Positions 1 through 10,993 of a stretch of DNA of 64,000 nt are shown in pieces. A program made the translations under genes and the position numbers. Below the pieces are notes generated by a model. That model was not told where the DNA came from and searched no databases. It saw only the letters and a program-made list of their open reading frames with translations. How positions within the stretch are numbered: the first letter of the stretch is position 1; every line of letters begins with the position of its first letter. Source of the stretch: Ophelia neglecta (lineage: Eukaryota); contig OZ260665.1 of assembly GCA_965285935.1 (NCBI GenBank), forward strand, positions 28,210,001 to 28,274,000, in the 5' to 3' direction.

Positions 1-1049
1 AAGTTTAATGAGTTAGAAACTGATTTTGTCCAATGTGCCTTTGAAAGTTGCTAATGGGCCGCCTTCTATTGTCACTGCCTAAAGTTTTCCCCCTGGGGCA
101 AATCATTTACACTAAATAATGGGTTGGACACAGGTATAAGTTTGGGCACATCACAGTACAAACTTCTTCTTGTGGCATCAGCTGCATTTAAGACGGCTAC
201 ATTTGAGACCTCTGCTTCCTCTATCTCGGTTAAACCTGATGCTAAAGTCACTGTGTTCCAAGTGACTGTGGTAGCTGCCACCCACTCGTACCTGTCAATC
301 ACACTGTGCCCGTAGACTGACAGCTGTCAATCATTATGCTTGAGGGGCATGTAATTGACAACATTTGTGCACCATGAGCCAACAAGGTTGTCAGTGTCAA
401 CACTTTAGCTACCAAGTTGGCAGCCAGTCAAGTCACATGGAGCTCATTCAGCGGGCTCGGCATAGAGACCATTATTATAGCTGGTATTGATGTTGGTGGT
501 GTGATTATTCTGTCTGGGCTGTGAAATAGCTATAGAAATGTCGAATAATCAGCAAGATAGACTCACACTTTGATCTCCGTCTATAGAACTGATCGCTTTG
601 AACTTGATCGACTGGAACTATAATGTCACAGCATGCACCCTATCAATAGGCTAGAAAACTGGGAAAATAAATAACCAGTCCTTTTCTGGTTAATATCTAG
701 TAAAAAATGCCATGTATGCATAGCAAGTCAGTGAAATGAGAGCTTTAAATCTGAATGCCTGGTTTTATCCCATACATGTACATGTGTGTTTGTTGGTATA
801 GCTGTTTGCATTAATTGTGGTATTAATATTTGTCAGGCCTATCCTTACCCTGTCTCTTTGATACTGAGACTTCTCTGGGCTACTTAGGCTTACCTCAGCT
901 TATAGTTGGTGTACATTAGAACAAATTTCTAATCCTACTTGTAATGGTTTTGACCATGCTCTCTTCTCTTGTGTTCAGTACTATTATATCTCTCACAAAG
1001 TAAAAGCTGGGGTGAAATGTTTGATTGAGAGTTTGAGAGTTGCAAATTT

Positions 1050-1078
1050 GAGAGAGAGAGAGAGTTTGAGAGAGAGAG
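1050..1078. repeat. (GA)n microsatellite, interrupted by TTT
   Basis: gagagagagagagag-ttt-gagagagagag read directly. Confidence 0.8.
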
Positions 1079-1123
1079 TTTGAGGGGAGGGGGAGGGGGA
1101 CAACAATATGAGAGAAGATGATA

Positions 1124-2990
1124 GAGAGACAGTTATTACATACCAATTGATGGCACTATGAGAGCAGCTGAGAGAGAGACATTACAGGTAGATTGGTGGC
1201 AGTATGAGAGCAGCCGAGAGAGAGATATTACAGGTAGATTGGTGGCAGTACAAGAGCAGCTGAGAGAGACATTACAGGTAGATTGGTGGCAGTATGAGAG
1301 CAGCCGAGAGAGAGAGACATTACAGGTAGATTGGTGGCAGTATGAGAGCAGCCGAGAGAGAGACATTACAGCCAGATTGATGGCAGTATGAGAGCAGCTG
1401 AGAGAGACATTAAATGTAGATTGATGGCAGTATGAGAGCAGCCGAGAGAGAGATATTACAAGTAGATTGGTGGCAGTACGAGAGCAGCTGAGAGAGACAT
1501 TACAGGTAGATTGATGGCAGTATGAGAGCAGCTGAGAGAGATATTACAGGTAGATTGGTGGCAGTATGAGAGCAGCCGAGAGAGAGAGACATTACAGGTA
1601 GATTGGTGGCCGTATGAGAGCAGCTGGGAGAGAGAGACATTACAGGTAGATTGGTGGCAGTATGAGAGCAGCCGAGAGAGAGACATTACAGCCAGATTGA
1701 TGGCAGTATGAGAGCAGCTGAGAGAGACATTACAGGTAGATTGATGGCAGTATAAGAGCAGCCGAGAGAGAGACATTACAGTTAGATTGATGGCAGTATG
1801 AGAGCAGCTGAGAGAGACATTACAGGTAGATTGGTGGCAGTATGAGAGCAGCTGAGAGAGATATTACAGGTAGATTGGTGGCAGTATGAGAGCAGCTGAG
1901 AGAGACATTAAACGTAGATTGATGGCAGTAATAGAGCAGCCGAGAGAGAGAGACATTACAGGTAGATTGATGGCAGTATGAGAGCAGCTGAGAGAGAGAC
2001 ATTACAGGTAGATTGGTGGCAGTATGAGAGCAGCTGGGAGAGACATTACAGCTTGATTGATGGCAGTATGAGAGCAGCTGAGAGAGACATTACAGTTAGA
2101 TAGATGGCAGTATGAGAGCAGCCGAGAGAGAGAGACATTACAGGTAGATTGATGGCAGTATGAGAGCAGCTGAGAGAGACATTACAGGTAGATTGATGGC
2201 AGTATGAGAGCAGCCGAGAGAGAGAGACATTTCAGGTAGATTGGTGGCAGTATGAGAGCAGCCGAGAGAGAGAGACATTACAGGTAGATTGATGGCAGTA
2301 TGAAAGCAGCTGAGTGAGACATTACAGGTAGATTGATGGCAGTAATAGAGCAGCCGAGAGAGAGAGAGACATTACAGCTTGATTGATGGCAGTATGAGAG
2401 CAGCTGAGAGAGACATTACAGGTAGATTGATGGCAGTAATAGAGCAGCCGAGAGAGAGATATTACAGGTAGATTGGTGGCAGTATGAGAGCAGCCGAGAG
2501 AGAGACATAACAGTTAGATTGGTGGCAGTATGAGAGCAGCCGAGAGAGAGACATTACAGGTAGATTGATGGCAGTATGAGAGCAGCCGAGAGAGAGAGAC
2601 ATTACAGGTAGATTGGTGGCAGTATGAGAGCAGCCGAGAGAGATATTACAGCCAGATAGATGGCAGTATGAGAGCAGCCGAGAGAGAGAGACATTACAGC
2701 TTGATTGATGGCAGTATGAGAGCAGCTGAGAGAGACATTACAGGTAGATTGATGGCAGTAATAGAGCAGCCGAGAGAGAGATATTACAGGTAGATTGGTG
2801 GCAGTATGAGAGCAGCCGAGAGAGAGACATTACAGTTAGATTGGTGGCAGTATGAGAGCAGCCGAGAGAGAGAGACATTACAAGTAGATTGATGGCAGTA
2901 TGAGAGCAGCCGAGAGAGAGAGACATTACAGGTAGATTGATGGCAGTATGAAAGCAGCTGAGTGAGAGAGATATGTGTTACAGCCAGATT
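1124..2990. repeat. Minisatellite array, ~44-50 bp unit with an embedded variable (GA)n, about 40 copies
   Basis: Consensus ATTACAGGTAGATTG(G/A)TGGCAGTATGAGAGCAGC(C/T)(GA)4-7C repeated head-to-tail; diverged first and last units. Confidence 0.97.
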
Positions 2991-3392
2991 GCCTGTGATC
3001 ACTTTCAGCTTGAGGACCCTTATACCTTGGCAGGTTGTCTTCATCTATCAGCACCCTGGCAAGGATAGAGTACAGCCATGATGTGTGGGATTAAGTGTCA
3101 GAAGGAGGGGGGGGGGGGGGGGGGAGGGGGAATTTGAAAACACATATAACCAGAGAAGGGAGAGATTGGGATTATAAAAGTGTGGTACAAGAGCAGAGGC
3201 TGGGTGGCAGAGCAAAGGGGGACAGACCAGGGTTATCAATGACACTTCATGTGGTAGAGGGATTTGAGAAGTCATTGCTGCAGTGTCAAGCTAGACACTG
3301 TACTGAGTAGGAGCACAACACCTTAGGAAAATACTACACACATGTCGAAATATGGTTGGTTTAAAGAACAGCTTATTCAATCTAAACAAGCA

Positions 3393-4440
3393 CTGCCTCC
3401 TTCATGGCCTGCCTCCTTCATGGCCTGCCTTGGCCTGCCTCCTTCATGGCCTGCCTCCTTCATGGCCTGCCTCCTTCATGGCCTGCCTTGGCCTGCCTCC
3501 TTCATGGCCTGCCTCCTTCATGGCCTGCCTTGGCCTGCCTCCTTCATGGCCTGCCTCCTTCATGGCCTGCCTCCTTCATGGCCTGCCTTGGCCTGCCTCC
3601 TTCATGGCCTGCCTCCTTCATGGCCTGCCTCCTTCATGGCCTGCCTCCTTCATGGCCTGCCTTGGCCTGCCTCCTTCAGGGGCTGCCTCCTTCATGGCCT
3701 GCCTCCTTCATGGCCTGCCTCCTTCATGGCCTGCCTCCTTCATGGCCTGCCTCCTTCATGGCCTGCCTCCTTCATGGCCTGCCTCCTTCATGGCCTGCCT
3801 CCTTCATGGCCTGCCTCCTTCATGGCCTGCCTTGGCCTGCCTCCTTCATGTCCTGCCTCCTTCATGGCCTGCCTCCTTCATGGCCTGCCTTGGCCTGCCT
3901 CCTTCAGGGGCTGCCTCCTTCATGGCCTGCCTCCTTCATGGCCTGCCTCCTTCATGGCCTGCCTGCTTCATGGCCTGCCTCCTTCATGGCCTGCCTCCTT
4001 CATGGCCTGCCTTCTTCATGGCCTGCCTTCTTCATGGCCTGCCTCACTCATGGTGCCTCCTTTATTGTCTGCCTCCTGCCTCCTTCATGGCCTACCTCCT
4101 TGCCTCCTTCATGGCCTACCTCCTACATGGCCTGCCTAATGACTCACTCAAGGTGCCTCCTTCATGGCCTGCCTCCTTCATGGCCTGCCTCCTTCATGGC
4201 CTACCTCCTTGCCTCCTTCATGGCCTACCTCCTACATGGCCTGCCTCCTGCCTCACTCAAGGTGCCTCCTTCATTGGCTGCCTCCTTTATGGCCTACCTC
4301 ATGACTCACTCAAGGTGCCTCCTTCATGGCCTGCCTCCTTCATGGCCTACCTTCTTGCCTCCTTCATGGCCTGCCTCCTTCATGGCCTGCCTCCTTCATG
4401 GCCTGCCTCCTTCATGGCCTGCCTCTCTCACGCTGCCTCC
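3393..4440. repeat. Minisatellite array, 16-bp unit GCCTGCCTCCTTCATG, with 10-bp GCCTGCCTTG variants and a diverged 3' third
   Basis: Direct reading; the stop-free 16-mer explains three overlapping + strand ORFs. Confidence 0.97.
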
Positions 4441-6558
4441 CCAGCAATCAATAGTATATATATATTGACATCTGCAAATACAAAGCCAACTCTTAAATCT
4501 TTGCACTCAATTATTTCAGTAGGAAACACTATAAATAATCCAAATCACTTCCTTCCATTGATATAGGCAGGAATTTTGTGTTCTATCAGAGCTGTATCCA
4601 CAGGCATGCTGGGACTATATCTTGTATGGAGAGAGGGAAAACCCTTGTAGTGTGGTCAGAATCATTCTGCTCCAGATTAATGTCACTTGAACAATCAGAG
4701 GGCTGAGAGCTGTTGGTGGAGGCAGGGAATGGGAGTTAATGAAACTACCAATTTCTGAATGAACTACTGCAATTATTATGATTATGAAAATTAAAAGCAG
4801 ATTTATCCTGGTGCCCTTGTCTCTGAAATGGCTGACATTTTATTGCATGAACAATTTTGCCTTCTACAACATGATGTATAGAGTCTCTCTGCTTGCATTC
4901 ATTATACCTTCTCAATACAACTTTATTTTAGTGTTAATCCTAAAATCTAGTTAGTAAGTGTCAAAAAAATCATCAGAATAATTATGGTAAAGGTAAACCT
5001 GACATTGATTAGTTGCTGATGAGGGTAAGTGGAATTTTGAATATTCATCATCACCCAGGTTGTTCTAGTTTATTAAAGTTTGAGACCCAGGGCACATTTA
5101 TTATCTTGAAAGGATGTAGACAATAAACTCTTACATATGAGGTGTGTATAGATGTATCAATCCTGTGTACTTGTACATTGACATATGATCAGTTTGTAAG
5201 AGTCAGTGTCCTGTTAGCTGGCCTCTCTTGTCAGACCAGCATTGTCATCTGACCACCTCATCCCTCATCACCATCTCATCTTACTCTCACACCACTGTAT
5301 CTGTATTGTCTAATGTTACCTGCAAGTAAATGACTGGGACACAACTGCAGTGTTCCTAACTGGCACAAAATAGCAAACTGGAGGTTGGACCAATTGGAAA
5401 TAGGTCCTACATGAACTGAAGGGGAATTCTGACATCTGCCCTTTCCTGCTATAAACATTTGTAGATTTACAGTATAGAGTTCATGGAAAACGGAGCTCAC
5501 ACAAGTGTCAAATATAGAGATGAATGATGGCTGACTCTCATAAAACATTCTTTGATGGGTACATGTTTCACAGTTCTTAAAACCCCTGCCACAATTAGCC
5601 GATATCACGATGAAATATTCATTGGACATTTTACACTACCACCATTTTGAGCACAAAGCCTGCCAAAATACACAATGATTGATTGACTTGACAATCAAAT
5701 ATGATATACATTTATGACAGTGTCAACCATTGGAGAGAGGCTTTATTATTGTGTGGTTCTTTATGGATCCACTATTGTTGACAGAGCAGATATAGTACTA
5801 GGCATTGGCCCAGTATCTCTTAATAATGGATGATTGAGGTGCATGTGCATATGTCTATAAAAATGATTGACAATAAGCCAGTCGAGTATTCTGTGGCCAG
5901 TCAGTCATAGTTGGGTGGTGGAATAACATTAGTTGTGACAGGTTGTATTTCGAGGCATTGGGATCTAATATGGCAAATTTAGCATTATTCTTTCTCTTCA
6001 ATTTTTCATTTTGTCTTTATCTTGCCCCAAATTTTCAATTATTGAAAATGCTATCAGAAATTGGTAATTTATACACTCTAGTGTGGATACATAAAAGTCA
6101 CAGTGGCTGAGATATTTAATAACTAATTTGTTTAGTTTTTGGAAGAACAGTATCAGGTGATTACTAGTTGTGTTGCCTGTAATCTAGTGTATAAAAATAT
6201 CTTATGGAGGTGGAATTTGTTACAGCAACGTTGTCAGGATGGTTGCGGGCATCATCTACAGCATTGACAGCGGGAATTGTTGACAGCGTCCAGTATGAGT
6301 GATTCAGAAGCTAACTTCAGTGATGATTATCAAACTTGATGAAAATTGTTGAACATTTCTATGAGCATAATATGTTGGCCAAATTCATTAAACAGTCAGA
6401 TCTGATAAATAAATGGCTGCCACAGTGTTGGCGAGGGTGGTGTCCAAATTTCAGGGTCAAGCCAATAACTTTATCCAATCCATAGGAAACTTGTTGGCAA
6501 TCATGTAGACATAATATCTCAGCCAAGTTTGGTTACAAGCCAGATCCAAAGACAAAAT

Positions 6559-7032
6559 GGTCATATCATTCGAGCGGGCGCCAGTTTGAGCGGGGGACAC
6601 TTCGAGCGGGGGACACTTCGAGCGGGGGACTTTTCAAACGGGGTGTTTTATAGGTGGTGTGCCGATAAATCTTGATTATTTAGATATATATCTGTACTAT
6701 TGTTCACCGACGATGTTTTGAACGGTTGAATCTCGTTTATTTTTGATGTTTACTATATACAGTGACTTGCTACTTTTTTCACAGTTATTCTCTTCGAACT
6801 TGCACAAGTTTGGCGCATATTTACGCTGTTGTTTCATTTTCAAATCAGTCTGTTTCACTGGGAGCTCCCAAAGACTCGAAAAGTCTTATGTACACTGTAT
6901 CACATATAAGTGGAACTATTTACTATCATTAACAACTAGAACTGGCCCCGCTCAAAACGTCTGATGTCCCTGCTCGAAACGACCAGTATAGCCAACGCTC
7001 GAACTGGCACCTGCTCGAAAAGTCCAGACACC
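6559..7032. mobile_element. MITE-like non-autonomous DNA element with inverted arrays of ~16-bp subterminal repeats
   Basis: Left arm has TTCGAGCGGG(GGACAC) x4-5 (6569-6640). Right arm has four inverted copies CC(C/T)GCTCGAA (6945-7022). Left TTCGAGCGGGCGCCAGTTTGAGCG matches the reverse complement of the right end, TTCGAGCAGGTGCCAGTTCGAGCG. AT-rich interior; TSD not resolved. Confidence 0.7.
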
Positions 7033-7199
7033 TCCATGGCCATGGTCTTATTAATCTGATGTCTAGAGAATTGACTTCAGCTCTAAGGCTCTTTGTGTCA
7101 CTGGTACATAGAATGGGGAATGTCCATCTACTTGTTACTATATGAAGACATTGGGGAAAAAAACAATATAGTCCTGCAAATTTCCATGTTGCTTGCTAA

Positions 7200-7590
7200 G
7201 CACTAATTGGTGCAAGATAGGTGTATACAATGTATTGAGCACTAATGGGGAAGTCATATGCAAGCAATCAAATGATGACTATGAGTTTAACCTTGACCTG
7301 GTTTTCAAATAGGAAGTCATAATACATAATGGTTCTACAGATGATCTCCAATTTGACCTTGGCCTCTTTTTAAGCTCATATTCAGAAAGCTAACTTTTTG
7401 AAACAATATATTTGCAGGACTCCAGTGCTAGATAGGCATATAACGTGGAGCTAGACTCAATAAGAAGTCATGTGTAGTTTTACAAATGACCTTCAATGTG
7501 ACTTTGACTACAGATTAATTCAACAGCACAAGATCGGTTTGATATGATATGAACTCATGATATGACCTCTTTTTCAAGGTTGTGACCAGA
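7200..7590. repeat. Old degenerate interspersed repeat with recurring AATAGGAAGTCAT and TGACCTTGACC motifs (Helentron/HINE-like remnant)
   Basis: GAAGTCAT recurs at about 7250, 7313 and 7464, each followed by a (T)GACCTT(G) motif; a similar TTTGACCTTGACC...GAAGGTCA lies near 26802-26829. Family assignment is from resemblance only. Confidence 0.35.
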
Positions 7591-7737
7591 ATATTCAATA
7601 ATTAATTCATCCATCCGAGTTCATATTGAACAGATTTCCTTCTTGGCACATGCATAGGTATAAAATAGTGGGACAGTATATTTATAGTTTGTCCACCTCT
7701 CACTTTTTGGTGTTTCTGAGGGTTCATGTTCCCGATA

Positions 7738-8610
7738 GATTCTGGGCTCGTGGCCCTAGAGAGAGAGAAGGATTCTTGGCTTGCAGCCCTATAGAGAAGG
7801 ATTCTTGGCTTGCAGCCCTAGATCGAGAAGGATTCTTGGCTTGCAGCCCTAGATCGAGAAGGATTCTTGGCTTGCAGCCCTAGATCGAGAAGGATTCTTG
7901 GCTTGCAGCCCTAGATCGAGAAGGATTCTTGGCTTGCAGCCCTAGATCGAGAAGGATTCTTGGCTTGCAGCCCTAGATCGAGAAGGATTCTTGGCTTGCA
8001 GCCCTAGATCGAGAAGGATTCTTGGCTTGCAGCCCTATAGAGAAGGATTCTTGGCTTGCAGCCCTAGATCGAGAAGGATTCTTGGCTTGCAGCCCTAGAT
8101 CGAGAAGGATTCTTGGCTTGCAGCCCTAGATCGAGAAGGATTCTTGGCTTGCAGCCCTAGATCGAGAAGGATTCTTGGCTTGCAGCCCTATAGAGAAGGA
8201 TTCTTGGCTTGCAGCCCTAGATCGAGAAGGATTCTTGGCTTGCAGCCCTAGATCGAGAAGGATTCTTGGCTTGCAGCCCTAGATCGAGAAGGATTCTTGG
8301 CTTGCAGCCCTAGATCGAGAAGGATTCTTGGCTTGCAGCCCTAGATCGAGAAGGATTCTTGGCTTGCAGCCCTCGATCGAGAAGGATTCTTGGCTTGCAG
8401 CCCTAGAGAGTGAAGGATTCTTGGCTTGCAACCCTAGAGAGAGATGGATTCTGGGCTTGTGGCCCCAGAGAAAGAGAGAGAGAGAGAGAGTCTGGGCTTG
8501 TGACCTTAAAGAGAGATAGATTCTGGGTTTGTGGTCCTAAAGAGAAGGATTCTAGGTATGTGGTACTAGAAAGAGGATGAAGATTCTGGGCCTATACGCC
8601 TGGAGAGAAT
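7738..8610. repeat. Minisatellite array, 31-bp unit GAGAAGGATTCTTGGCTTGCAGCCCTAGATC; about 22 homogeneous copies (7765-8440) with diverged flanking units
   Basis: Direct reading; minor 30-bp variant ...CCCTATA-GAGAAGG. Confidence 0.97.
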
Positions 8611-9111
8611 GATCTCTTTAGTCTTAGATCTAATATATGACTCTTCAATATTGTAGGCCTTATATGTGGTTCGGTGGTTTCATAATAAATTTGTAAAATA
8701 ATAAACAAAAAGGACACTAAAACTGTAATCAGATGATATAGGATGAACTAAACATCAAAAGGAAAGGCACAACTATTGATAGCACAAAAACAATAGTATG
8801 TAGGGTTTGTATTGGTTACTAGGGTTATATGCTATCTGAACAGTGGTATCAGATATGGATACTGACACACAGGGGTGATTTGACATATGGTAAGAAGAGG
8901 ATATACTTGTAGGTTATTTATCAAAGGAGTCAGCAAACATTTACATTAATAACTGATCATTCCAAACTAGTACACTGAATGTTGCATTAAGCTTCGTCTT
9001 AAAAAAACGTCTATAAATATACAGGATAGTTATGGTTTTGTGAAGTTGTAAAAAGTGGACATAATGGAAAGAAGAGTTGTATCACAAAATATATGTTTTC
9101 AACACAGATTT

Positions 9112-9169
9112 TGTTAAGGCAAAGAAGCAGCCTTACAATATGTTAAGGCAAAGAAGCAGCCTTACAATA
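9112..9169. repeat. Perfect 29-bp tandem duplication
   Basis: TGTTAAGGCAAAGAAGCAGCCTTACAATA x2. Confidence 0.95.
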
Positions 9170-10845
9170 AGTGATTGTGGAGTGCTTGTACCAAATATGG
9201 CATTCCAATGACACTCCCGACAACAACAGGCCTGCACATATACATGTTATGTACAATAATACCACTGTCATTTGGCCCAGATCCCACCATTGTATATCAC
9301 TTTCAGTTATAAAGCGGCTGTCTAAATCTACTTCTTTGTGACCTTCTCTGTGTTTTCAAACTCAATGATACATTGAATATTTATGAAATGTTCACACCGG
9401 TTTGGCTTAATCCCTGGCTTGAATCACCCATTTATCATGTGTGGATGTCATAGACACATTTTATTCTACATGCCATCTACAAATACAGCGTTTTAAGTGA
9501 ATATTACGATAAAGAAGCGGATTTAGGCGAGGGGATGGGGGGGGGGGTTAAGAACGTCTGTAGAGACCCAACTATCCCCGTTAAGATTAAAGTGGAACAC
9601 CGATGGTAGTGTTTAGGTCCTTCCATCACTATCACAGCCCTTGTGACTCGGAGTTTGTAACTTCCTGGCTCCGACCCGATGATGAAGGATGCGATATCTG
9701 CATGGTTACCAGAACACGATAAATGACACTCCATCATGGCATGTGGTTTATCACCATTATTTTGATGTATCACACTATACAATCTGACCGAAAAACCTGC
9801 TTACCCAAAATTACTCAGACATTTGTCCATAATACATGGAAATATTACAAACAGATAAACGGTCTTACCAAAAGGAACAGGCTGGAATCAAACATCATTC
9901 AAAAGACATGAATAGTAGGAACTTTGGTAAGCACCAGCATTATTGAAAAACTAGGAGACGGGCAGAAAGTTTGCACGCACAAACACCGACTCCTATCAAA
10001 CGATATATTATTTTGCGACTTTTAAAACAAGAGCTAAGGTAACAAGTGCATGTTTAATTTCACTTACAAATAAATCAATAAACAATACAAATTCCGCAGT
10101 TATGGAGTGAAAAGAGTAAAAAATATAAATTCATCGAAATGTGGCAAAGAAAATGTCAGAAAATTCCACTATCTCTTTGAATTAGAAAATAGTCTAACAT
10201 TTTGGGTGTGAAAATTATGAAGCAATCGCAAAAGCAAGCCGCACACAGACGCTAACCAAAGTTCTTACTTTCCGTGGCCTAATTGTCCTGCTCTGAGTGA
10301 ATTGTATATAACTTATACCCTTTGATACAACTAGATGGATCAGGGAGTGAGGCAAATATTCGTGGATCTGTGGACGACATTGGCATAAGGTAGGACTAAT
10401 TCTCTGATTAGGCACCATGGCTATTTTTATATTGTCCAGTAAAATTGCCACAGGAGAAGATAATGAAAGATTTGCCTGGGCACCATGCTAGCTGTACGTT
10501 GCCAATGGACCCTTAAAAACACTGACACTGCTGTAATTAAATCCATCGATCAAAATGTCAACTGTATTATCAATCTATACTTAACCAGGAAAAATAGTAA
10601 TGAATATGTTCATGTATTGTTCCGTCATAGTTTTTATTATTTCAAGGTTTGGTTTTCCAAGAATGAGAGTGTACTCACATACAGGATATACCATGATTGT
10701 GTATTGATAAAATGATAAGGTTGACTAAATAGCCGGCTGGGCAATCTAAAGTGTCAGCTTCCTTTCTTTTGGAAATGTTTCATACAAGTTATTTTATCAT
10801 GGGATTCGCGCGCCCCTATGAGAGGGGTAGCTCTTGATGTCCTAC

Positions 10846-10993
10846 CTCGAGTCTCCATTTCTTTATAACTGGTACCACCCCTGGCGTCCGTGTATACCTT
10901 GAGGTCAAGTTGATGTAGCGTCTGTCGTCTGCCGTGGTGGTGAGATCATTTGACATTGTGACTGAGCTTCTCTCCAGGAACCAGCCATCATCC
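10846..10993 (-). other. Candidate 148-nt internal exon of an unidentified gene
   Basis: Minus strand: TTTCCTTTTCAG acceptor, one open frame (DDGWFLERSSVTMSNDLTTTADDRRYINLTSRYTRTPGVVPVIKKWRLE), GAG|GTAGGA donor. The peptide is not recognised. Confidence 0.25.

Noticed and set aside
1124-2990. CRISPR-like regular repeats (also 7738-8610, 29461-31017, 34293-35649)
   Set aside because: Units are head-to-tail without unique spacers, there are no cas genes and the context is eukaryotic.
3342-4566. Three long ORFs of 265, 404 and 354 aa
   Set aside because: They are translations of a stop-free 16-bp satellite in all frames; 10-bp variants shift frames freely.
5017-5060. CTGATGA as a possible hammerhead ribozyme core (also ~56209 and minus strand ~18575)
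   Set aside because: No correctly placed stem II plus GAAA and no closing stems.
10941-10962. TGAGATCATT matching the 5' end of bantam miRNA
   Set aside because: The match stops after about 10 nt and I see no precursor hairpin.
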